Source: Owenia fusiformis
Taxonomy: Eukaryota
NCBI GenBank assembly: GCA_903813345.2
Contig: CAIIXF020000001.1
Location: forward strand, 37,138,001 to 37,202,000
Direction: 5' to 3'
DNA: 64,000 nt
The position numbers and the translations under genes are program-made. Position 1 is the stretch's first letter. Every line of letters begins with the position of its first letter. Under the pieces are notes generated by a model. That model did no database searches. It was not told the DNA's origin and saw only the letters and a program-made list of their open reading frames with translations. Shown here piece after piece: positions 13,401-25,400 of the stretch.

Positions 13401-16400
13401 GTATCAGATGCTGGCACAGTTTTGCCGGAAGTTTGCAAGAAGTAACTTTTGGCAATGCAGTGTGTTAGAGTAACCTAGTAGGTGTAAGAAAATATAAGGT
13501 GATGGCCTTTAAAGTGGTAAAAACAATTTTCACGGCCGAATTGGACTTCAATTCCTGCGATTTCAGGGGGTACTATAAGACTATTTCATAACATAAAGGA
13601 TATAGTTGCTATTGTTCTGCTTTCTACAGCACACATTACTAGTCCAAAGATGAATAATATCCTAAAGTTATAGGCCGATATCTGTATTAGTCTCAGAAAT
13701 ATTGCAATTAATAGGAAAAAAATACGCAATTTTAGTCATTTTTAAGTCTCACGTATCTTATATTTGTAGCTTCCAGCAAAAGATGGCAGCTTAAATAGCT
13801 CAAAATTGTTTTCTAAAAACTAATTCAAGCTTTGTTTGATATTGTAATACAATTATAATAATGATAATGTACTATTTATGATTTTTAATATGACTTTATA
13901 GTACCCTACCCCTGGAAAGTGGGCGTGGTCAATGTTATCATTTTGCAGCATACAATTAAAAACTTATATTGATAGAAAGCAAATCAATGCATTTTTAACA
14001 TTTTCACTTGTTACTTGACATTGTAATTCATTCATTACTAAAATATAGGACTCTACATATTTTATATATACGTTTTCAATTTTGTACAATGTATCATGAT
14101 GAAATCTAATAGGCTGGTTCATTTTCAGTGTTCAGTAACGCATGAAATGTAAGTCACAGTGTTTCCAAATTACCTTTGCAATGAGAAAGTACCACAAAGA
14201 CTACATAATATGAGCAGTTTCAAGGTACTAATACTAATACTTACCGATCTATCGGCGTTCAAAAATAGAGAAAGCTGTCGTGAGTGCAGTTTTAACTAAC
14301 TTTGAACTGAAACTGCTGCTTAGATCAAATATTCACTTCTGCATGTACTTTTAAAAAGAGGCAAAAGGACAAAAAACCTGTCAGATATCGTGAAAAATAT
14401 GAAAGATGCACTATTCAGAACAATTTATCTCTTAAATGTTACTTTTATTTGACATAATTTCTGATTCTGCCTCCAGTTAGTACCACCAATAATACATATG
14501 AGAAGACTTAACGTCATAGTATGTGGAAGTACAGATCTATTGGCTTCTGAAAATGGGAAAAGCTGTAGCAAGTATGATTTTCACCAGTTTTTCATCTAAG
14601 ATTGCAACTCTCTGAATTTTCTTTTTACAAACTGCACAGTAAGACCAAAGACATTAAAGGAAACCTGGTCATTGTACCACCAATAATAGGTAAAAATAAT
14701 ATTGGTAATATATACCAAGTGTTTACTTTAATTCCAAGGCATCTGAATTGATAAATAAATGAAATCAGTACTTTATTGTATCTTGGGACAAAATACACTG
14801 TTTGAATGCTTAAGCTTGACATCACAGTATCAAGTGAAAGTTGTTATATACAGCTATATATCACTTTAACTGACTTTACTCTTCAATTTGAAATATGCCT
14901 GGCCATTCTAAGAAAAATGCGACAGAGGGCAAAGAGGGTGCATGGTATAATTGGTAATTAAGCTCTTCTAGAGTTTAAAGCTCCCACAATTTTTAAAAAC
15001 GAAATGGAGAATAACATGTGAAAGTATAGGATGGACTAATTGTTCTAAGAAAGTTTTTGAAAGTAACATTGCATGAAATATTTAAGCAAGAGATATGTTC
15101 GAAAATGCTTTCAGGTAGAAATAAAGCTCCGTAATGTAAAAACAATGTATTCTCAGTATTCAATAATAACATTCTTTATAGGTTTTTTGGTCTTAAGCAT
15201 ATATATATAGGATATCCTATGATTTATGAGTGATATGATTTTTATCCACGAATGGATATGATCATCTGCACGAGCGAGCGTAGCGAGAGAGTGCAGATAT
15301 CAATATCCATGAGTGGATTAAAATCATATCACAAGTAAATCATAGGATGTTCTTTTTATTCCATAGTTAAAGTCATCATCAGAATCGTCGGAAATTAAGT
15401 GATTTAATTCGAATTTTCCAAACGATCCGGCGGTAATGACACTTAGCCTCGTTTTGAGTCTGAAGTAGCAAAAATCCATAAACCATCGCATACGGCGCCG
15501 TATGTCATGGCTAAAAAACCGTATGCTATGGTTAAGTGAAAATTTGTCAAAAATATCATATTTTACCACTGATTACAAAAATATCGTTTTTATTTTCACA
15601 TGTTATCCTATGAATATCATGCTAACTATGGAATAACAGTGATAATCCCATGGTTGCAAGGATATAGATCGAATATCACATGAAGATATATTTGATATGT
15701 GGATCAAGTTATAATATTTTAGCAAAAAATTCACAAACCATCGAATATCACTTTTAAACTATCGAATATCACGTCTTAAAAAGTGATATTCTGTGGTTTG
15801 AAAAGTGATATTCCATGGTTTCGAATTTTTTCAAAAAAAAATTTCTTTTTACATTTTTTAATTATTTTCAAAAATATTTAAAAAAAATTTCAACATTTTT
15901 TCACAATTTTTTTTCAATTATTTTTTCAAATTTTTTCTCGAATTATATTTTTCACATTTTTTCGCTAATGATGATTTCCCATGGGATAAATTTTTTTTTT
16001 CAAAAATATCAATTATATCCACTCATGGATACAAATATTTTCACTCACTCGCTGCGCTCACTCATGAAAATATCAATATCCACTCATGGATATAAATGAT
16101 ATTTTTTCAAAACCATAGGATATTCCTATATTATATCAATCCGGATCCTGAAGTCACTTAATAAATAATAACTAGATGTAACTCCTAGTAAGCACTTCAA
16201 GTTTCAGTTCTAAATAAAATACAGTTTAGTTAAAAAATTGTTAAGAATACATACATTTTTTCACAATCACAATTTCCCCATTTCTGACTGTATTTTGCAT
16301 ATTTTTAGGTGTCAATGGTTCAATGATTATTTGATATAACCTCCTGAAACTACTCTTATATATATTTGGTGGTACAGTGATATGGAATCCTGTCTTTTGG

Positions 16401-19400
16401 GGTCTCACGGAATTCTTGTTTTAGAGAAGAAAATCCTGAAAGCTGCAGTTTAATATTATGAATTATAGGTGAAAATTGCACTTGCTACACTGCTTCTCCC
16501 ATTTTTAGATGCTAATAAATCTGTAACTACACTTACTATGACCTTAAGTCTACTCATATGTATTATTGGTATTACTAAGTAGAGGCAGAATCAGAAATTA
16601 TGGGTAAATAAAAGTAAAATTTAAGAGATAAATTGTTCTGAATAGTGCATTTTGTCACATTTTTTCGCGATATCTGACTGCATTTTGTGTCTTTTGGTTT
16701 TTTTTAAGAGTCCATGCAGATATGAATACTTGATCTAGAGCTCTGAAATTTTCAATACCAGAATTTGGTAGCACTATGTCTTGATATCCTGTGTTTGGAC
16801 TCTAACCAAATCACAGTTGTTGAGAAAAAAATTCATAAGTAGCACTTTTAATTCAAAATTAGTTGAAACGGCACTCAAGACAGCTTTCCTCATTTTTGAA
16901 AGCCGATAGATCGGCAAGCATTTACACCATGATCTTCAATCTGGGCATACATATTCTTAATGGCACTATCTCATTGCCCAGATATTGTGGAAACATTGTG
17001 ACTTATATTCCATGTGATAGTAAGCACTGAAAATGGACTTGTTGCATTGTGGCGGACCCCATACAAAACAAACATAGGGGTAAGGGGGGGGGGGGGGGGG
17101 TTAAACGTTGATCAGTTCTGCTATTTTTTGTGGCTATTGGTCATATAGTAGATCATTTTGTCAAAAGGTAAGGGTGATCCGAGAAAAAGTTTGTAAATTG
17201 AAACAGTCTATTAGATTTCATTATGATACATTGTACAAAATTGAAATTGTATATATAAAATATGTAGAGTCCTATATTTTAATAATAAATGAATTACATT
17301 GTGAAGTAACAAGTGAAGATGTTTTATATGCATTGATTTGCTTTCTATCAATACTAGTTTTTAATTGTATGCTGCAAAATGATAACATTGACCACGCCCA
17401 CTTTCCAGGGGTAGGGTACTATAAAGTCATATTAAAAATCATAAATAGTACATTATCATTATTATAATTATATTACAATATCAAACAAAGCTTGAATTAG
17501 TTTTTAGAAAACAATTTTGAGCTATTCAAGCTGCCATCTTTTGCTGGAAGCTACAAATATAAGATACGTGAGACTTAAAAATGACTAAAATTGCGTATTT
17601 TTTTCCTATTAATTGCAATATTTCTGAGACTAATACAGATATCGGCCTATAACTTTAGGATATTATTCATCTTTGGACTAGTAATGTGTGCTGTAGAAAG
17701 CAGAACAATAGCAACTATATCCTTTATGTTATGAAATAGTCTTATAGTACCCCCTGAAATCGCAGGAATTGAAGTCCAATTCGGCCGTGAAAATTGTTTT
17801 TACCACTTTAAAGGCCATCACCTTATATTTTCTTACACCTACTAGGTTACTCTAACATACTGCATTGCCAAAAGTTACTTCTTGCAAACTTCCGGCAAAA
17901 CTGTGCCAGCATCTGATACAAATGGGAGTGTTCCACTTCTAAGTTGGGCAATAGCTCTGCGTTCACTCCTTGACATGTTGATACAAGTATAATGGGCGGG
18001 CTGCATGGAATGTGTTTTAAACAGTCGATATGTCCGTAATTTGTTGCCATTTGGGTTACGACTATCGTCCCAAAGACTGTTGTGCCATTCGACGTGATCT
18101 GCTCTGATACATGCTTCTTTGACCTCGTTAAGATGGCATTTAACTCGAGATATAGTATCATTGTTGATAAGCTGAGTAAAGTCCAGATCTTGTAACATTT
18201 TCCGGGTGAGATTTATGATGTCGAAGAGACCATTTTGATATATGTTTCGGTGTCCTATCTGTAGCCATGTTTTTTAAACGGCACCAAAGTCTAGTCACCT
18301 CGACTCGCTGTTTGGTAAATACCGAAGTCCAACAAATATCTCCTTTGGTTGATCCATTTGGTGCTCTACGTCCAACACCCAGAAAATACCTCGCTGCTTT
18401 GTTTTGAACTGTATTCATTTCTGAGTATTGTCGAATACCCCAAATGCCGGCACCATATAACATAATAGGGGAAACAAGAGCGTCAAATAGTTTTGTAAAT
18501 ACTGCATATGGTAGTCCACCCTTTACATTTGATTTGGCAATTAGCATTCCTAAGGCACGATTTGCTGATTTTGCAAGTATTTTAACAGTTTGTCGCATAT
18601 CAAGATGTTCATTTAACGTTAGTCCGAGATATCGATATTCCGAAACATATTCTAAACGATTTGATGGCCCAAATGTGAAGATATGATTGCTCCTGGTTTG
18701 AGATTGAGGTCGAAAATGTACGATTTTGGTCTTTGATGTGTTTAGTGTCATTCTCCACGTATTGCACCACTCGTACAGTTTATTAAGCATATGTTGTAAA
18801 GCGTTAGCAGTTGGAGCAACTAGTGCGACGTCATCTGCGTACATGAAAATGCCAATGTTTTTACCGTCTATGTCGACTCCTTTGTTAAGACTGTTTATCA
18901 ATGTTGCCAGATCGTCTATATATAACGAAAATAATGTCGGAGAGATCGAACAGCCTTGTTTGACTCCCTTAGATATGTCAAAACAATGTGTGAGTCTACC
19001 ATTAACACGAACTGTATATTGTACATCCTGGTAGAGAGACATAATGGCGTGGTATATTTTCCCTTTGATTCCGGACTTCTGGAGCTTATAAAACAGGCAC
19101 GTCCTGTTGATATTGTCAAATGCACGTTTTGCGTCCACGAAACAGACGTACGTATCCTGTTTGGCTGCCTTCCTGTTGTTAATAATTGTATATATGCTGT
19201 ACAGATGGTCTTGACAACTGCGATCCTTACGAAATCCGTTTTGGTACTCTGATAGGATGTTGTTTTCCTCCAACCATTTGGTTAATCTACTGTTGAGTAT
19301 TGAACAATATATTTTACATGGCACTGATATTAAAGCTATTCCACGATTTGCAGTAGGGTCGTGACTATAGCTAACCCCCTTAGGGATAGGTTGTATAATG

Positions 19401-22400
19401 CTTTTGTTCCATTGTGATGGCACTACTCCTTTTATAAAACATAGAGATATTATTTTATACATTAAAAACATACATTTTGGATTTTTGATGCTCTCTGCTG
19501 GAATCATATCCAGGCCAGCAGCTTTCCTTAATTTTGCATGTAATATGGCTTGTTTCACTTCCATATGTGTAATATCACGATTTAATTCTGGATTGACATT
19601 TGGATTTTCATTTGTATTCGATGCATTTAATTCACGTGTTATATTATTCAGATGAATGTCATCAAACATTTGGTCACTGCACTGACCATTATACAACTTA
19701 TTAAATTCAGAAGCCCAGTGGTTGAGAACAGTATCAGTATCCGTTGATACATTCCCATTAGCATCAATAACTTTAAATGGTATATCCTTATTTCTATCAT
19801 TTGCTACTCCGATTTTTCCAAATTCCTTCCAAAAATCACGTTGATTGTATTTATCAGTAGCCATATCAAGAAGATCCTGTTGCTCCTGCATTTGATATTT
19901 CCTTTTAAACTTACGATGCATACGATCAAAATCTCGACGTTTGTTGCAGAACTCAGCCTTAAGGCGTCGCTTGACAGCTGAAGCACCATTGAATTTCAAC
20001 CATATTTTTTCCTTTTCGCATGCTGCTTTCCATGTATCTTGTAGTTCTTGACACCAATACGGTTTACGCATGGATTTATTACGCTTAATATTCACACCAA
20101 GTTTAATTTTGGGTAGCTTGTTGTTCATTTCAGTTGTAACAAGATCAGCAAATTCTGAATAAGCGAGATTAACCTCAGCATCTAAGTCCGTGGAGTCTTC
20201 TAAACGGTTTATAGTATCTGTAATGTGTGTTATGTTTACGTCATTCATGAAATCAGCTGGTATCTTGTTAACATTAGATTTGTATGATATATTTGTTTCC
20301 GTAGAATAATCCTCAATAGCGTAATCCAAAAAGGTTGCCCTTAGCAACGAATGATCAGGTAAATTCAGCGGAGCTGGTACATTGTTCAACGATATAACAT
20401 CTGACATTGTGCATACTTCAAATTTAGACCATTTTAGTATCTGCTCATTGGGCACGAGTATATAATCCACCACCGATTTTCCACGTGTAGATATGTGCGT
20501 AAAATTGTTTTTAGTCTGCTCAAATCGTCCATTTAGCATACATAAATTGCAGCTTGTTAAAAAGTCCATAAGGTGATCACCGTATTCATTAGTCACAACA
20601 TCCAATATGTTGCGCTCTGAAAGGTCATCCACCCCTTGGATATAGTCGAGTTCATTTCCACACCGCGCATTGAAATCGCCTCCAATGCAGAGCTGGCCTT
20701 CGTTTTGATACATGTGCACTTGTTGTATAAGGCTATTGAAAAACGTTTCTGCATCGCTTCCCCTGCTGGTATCCTTAGGTGGCAAATAGGCCACGCATAA
20801 AACGAGGGCATGCGATTGGTCAATGTTACTACTTTTGGGAGTTAATTTTATCCATAAAATATCCTCTATGGAGTCATCCAAGCGCGTGATGTCAAAACGT
20901 GTTGTAATCCGATCATGCACTAAAATTCCGACACCGCCTGATCCTCTGCGTGCATTATTGTTCGTTGTTTTCCTGTTGTTACTAATCCATGTGTATTCAG
21001 TATTACGGACGTTCAGTTGATCATTGTTGCGTAAAAAGGTTTCCACAATCATTAAAATATCGACATCATCCATACTATTTAACACATTGTTCCTAAAATT
21101 TGAATTATCATTCATATTGCACGACCATCCGCATGTATTCCAACACGCTATATTAATTCCGCGGCAGTTCAACTCACTCGGTCGACACCGGCTATTGTCC
21201 TATTGTGGGCCTACTGGGTTGTTATTGTTATTAGCTTGGTTGATTTGGGGCGGATTTATTGGTCCATTGGGTCTAAAACTATTTGGTGTTATTCTACCAT
21301 TCACGATTTTAAAATCATGTTCTTTTCCACAAGCCTTTAACACTGTATGCAAATTATTTGTCATTTTCATCGTTTCGTGTGACACATAATCATCAACATA
21401 AATGTTTGAATACATAGCTGATTGCTTTAGTGTTTTCTTTCTTTCGAAAATCCGGGCCTTATAATATATATAAATTATATTTATGACCTTTTAAAGGTCA
21501 CAAAAGGTCAACTCTCTTGAGATCTAAGATCGGGTTTAAATCCCTGTCAACACACAGGTAAGGGTTAAAAAGATTTGATCAATTTGAAGCAAATTTGAAC
21601 TTTTGAAATTTGATTTAGCCTATTTTTAAGTTTCCGAGCTCTAAACTTTCAAAATTGGTTCAAAATTTAATACATTGCCAATGTGTGTAAAACCTTTAAA
21701 GGATGTTCTGCGTTTAATTCAGAGATATTAATTTGTAGTGTCAAACTAAGCTTGTATTCGCGAATGCAATTTTCGGCTGTCGCCTACCGGATTAACCTAC
21801 TATTTTATGGGAAACTCATTTAAATATAAATAGTACCTGCCACTATTCAACTCATAGAAGCCTGGACAGAACAAGTCCCAATATTTACTCTAATTTCTTC
21901 GCTTTTGAGAGTTTAAGTCACCACATTTTGCATACATATTCTCTGGGGAACTCCTAACATAGAATTTATTTGGTTTGAATAATTTATTTATTGTATAGGG
22001 AAACATTTGATTCTGATTGGTCTACAATCAAAATTTGCCATTGACAAATGCAACATTTTGACGAAATTGATAAAAATCCAAGTTATGAATGAAATATACA
22101 ATATGGTGTCTATCATCATCCTAGTCTCTGTCATCCTAGTCATCTTTTTGCTTGTCATCAGATCATGCATTGGAAGTGTACTTCAATGAAAAATGCATTC
22201 ATTGATTGTGGCAAGTACTGAATTGGCAAAACAATGGTGGAAACAAACCATTATTTTCACTGGGGGTATCGTGATGCAACAACACCGTGTTGTTGCATCA
22301 AGATGGCCAGCCTTTCGGTGATAGATTTTCGTAAGATACAAGGGTTGTCCACAAAGTTTTGCACAAATATGTCTAATTGTCGAAATCGCTGTTCCCTCTT

Positions 22401-25400
22401 CAAAAGAGGAGACGCGAAAATCTTTCCTTATAAGGTCAAAATATTTCCCATGATGCAGTTCGCGGAGGAACAAATTTATACTTCCTTGTTTTCCCTTATA
22501 GGTTTAACATGGGGATTTTCACACCTATTTTTCAAACGATATATTCGTTCATATCCCCGTACGAGGGTACAGAAAAAATTATTATAAACGATTGATCTCT
22601 TATTAATCTTTATATAACAGCTATTTTTTTCATTGTATTGATTCATAGCGTGGTGAAAACGATAATTGAAAAGTGAGAAAATATTCCGGAAGAGAAGGTC
22701 ACATGATCAGTTGACTAGTCGCCATATTGGAAAAAACAATTCCATTCGACTTTCAATACTTTCATGCCAATCTTACCGCACTACAAACTGCAACATCGAT
22801 GCAACAACTGAATAAAAGTATTCATCTTCAAATTACATCATAGAGTTACGTTGAAAACCAACACATAACTGAGCAGTAGACCAAAGAAGAAGCGTCGCTA
22901 TTATCTAGGTCTCTCTGTTCAGTGGTCCGAAAGCAAAGCTATAGTACTCGTTTCCGATTTTGTTGTTAATTGTATGTAATCTTTTATTGATTAAACTCCG
23001 TATACTGACTATTAAAGCAATGACAAAGAAGAATACTTCCGATGTTGTCATTGTTTTATTTAGCGTGCGAGTGTAAAACAAAATTGCGTAATTAGTTTGA
23101 TTTTGAACTTTCGGGTCACGCAAATAGCTACGCGAAATGCATAGTGAGAAAATATTGACCAATCAAATTTTTTCCTTTTTGAGTGCTTTTTCAGTACATA
23201 TTTGCGAACGTTCTGATTCAAAGAGCGAATCGCGAAATGTAGAATTGTGAGAATAATGGACCAATCTTGTTCATAGTTGGTATGTATGTGTCCATATCTT
23301 ATTCCCTTACACTGTCAATGTTTCATGTATATACGCTTACTACTTAACATTTTACAGTTGCTATAATAACCACGATGATGACGCTATGGTCCATATCATT
23401 TTGTAAAAGATAACTAGTAACACATAAAGATCAATGTTCCTTATATAGCATGCTAAATTAACTTTCATAAACTGTCAATTTAAATTTAAACAAGTATTGT
23501 TCTCATGGAAAATGTGAATCTTATCTCATTATTTCCCAACTTGTTTTCTTTGGTTATGTAAAAGAATGACCATAAACATACTCTTCAAACATCTTGAACA
23601 AATCACCTGATTTTGTGACGTTATCAAAGTTATCGTGTAACTTTCATGTAATACAGGAGAATATGGCTCGGAATAATAAAGTTGGAGCAGAAAACATTGA
23701 TAGAATACATGATAAAGAAGGGGGAAATAGCATAACACAAGTTATATTAATTCATGATTAAGATATATTGCATGTGATGACTCCAATAGGATTTGCTAAG
23801 TATTCCAAGATGGAATAAGAGAAGGGAAATGTATTGAGGGTAGCTGTAGTTATGAGAGGGCTTGATATTCTATATCCTTTCAACCTATTGTAATTGAAGA
23901 AAAAATTGAGAAAATTTGGAGGTATTGGAAATTACGTTTCAGTCAATAATACATTAAGAATTTTCATCGCAGGTTAAGTAAATACAAAATTAACACGTTG
24001 GTCAATGGGGGAGCGGGTGCTCACAACCTATCTACATACTTTCTCATTGACGTTGACCTAATTTTCACCAAAACTGCAATTATTTTCACGATGTTTAGTT
24101 AATGTCTTACTATTCTTTATTTCAATGTATCAGTAAGTTCTTGAAAGGAAAACTGAATTGATCTAGTTTAGAAAAAATAAGATTCATTATAAATAAAAAA
24201 GTAAGTATCACTACACAAGAAAACAATTAATTGTCCTTATCTGACCACTTTAGAAGAGCAGCTATTATTTAAGAGGTAAATAAATTATACATACATACGA
24301 CAATACATGCACTTACCAATGCAACGGCCTTCAGTACATTTTAATTTTCCACCTTTACAGCAATCCTCATCCTCCACACATGGCCCACGCTCAGGCACAC
24401 AGCATATACTTTCTTTGCATAGTAAACTGGTACCCTGTAAACCATCGCAGCATTCCCCCTCTGATCTACAACCTCGTTGTTGTACTTCTTTACATTCTAT
24501 AGGTCTAGGGGTATACGATGGTCTTTTTGTCACCTCTGCGAATTTTATTAAAATTTCGATGTTATTGTTATGTAAATCCTTTTTAAGAAAATGACGTATC
24601 GAGTCAGAAGTGGCTCGTAATTCAATATTGCAAATTTATTTGAATATGCATAAATACTAATATTCGAAATAATGTTTAAAACATAAATGAACATTGGGAA
24701 AGTTGAGATTCAAATAGAACAAAGCATCAAATAGCAAATTCAAAATCAAATATGACAGCAAATTTCTGAACTTTATTCATTTTTCTTGATAGATTTTTTT
24801 GATACTTTCTAGAAGAACTTAAACGGTATTCTGCAGTCTCGTTATATTTTGCTGTTCGAACATTTTCATACGCAAATCCTAGCAATCCGATTCACTCAGC
24901 AGACTCTAATTAAAAAAGGACATCATAACACATGCGCATGACCCATCTGACAAATATAATTTCGAACCAAATTTGCTTCCGATTTTCCTGGTGAATCATT
25001 TTGGTTAAATATTCGGATGCTTCAGATTTGAACTTTTGAATCTAGAATGCATGAAGTATAGGCCTATTATTGGATATTTGGGTTTCAAACCCGAACTTCA
25101 GAATGCTGTGAGTCGAAAATCAAATACGCAGCAGATAAATTCATGTCGTGCAATGTACAATTTGAAGTAACAAATACTGAATATATGGGCGCAAATACCA
25201 AAGGGAACGGGCAAAAAACTGCAAAGAAACCTAGTTAGAAAACTCGAAGTTTGCACCTGTCATAAGAAAAATAGAACCTTTATGTCTCAAAAGCATGATC
25301 TAACATGAACATAAATGATGTCTAAATAACATCCCCATCCCCCTCCAATCGAGAATCAATATAACAATCCAGAACCAGAACACCAATGGGACATTTCATT

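Larger units (their letters stand above)
12970..21460 (-). mobile_element. 5'-truncated non-LTR retrotransposon (LINE; APE-RT with C-terminal Cys/His motif, RTEX- or CR1/L2-group-like), interrupted by a DNA transposon
   Basis: ORF1 C-terminal remnant (21200-~21455), ORF2 (21199-18158, continuing in 18198-17921 and 13396-13117), 3' UTR with AATAAA and an AT-rich tail near 12970-13000. A possible low-complexity TSD is TATAATATAT (12959-12968 and ~21458-21467). Confidence 0.92.

Noticed and set aside
22000..22600. Overlapping short ORFs (96-117 aa), possibly a transposase relic
   Set aside because: No recognisable motif and no consistent frame; cannot be supported without a search.
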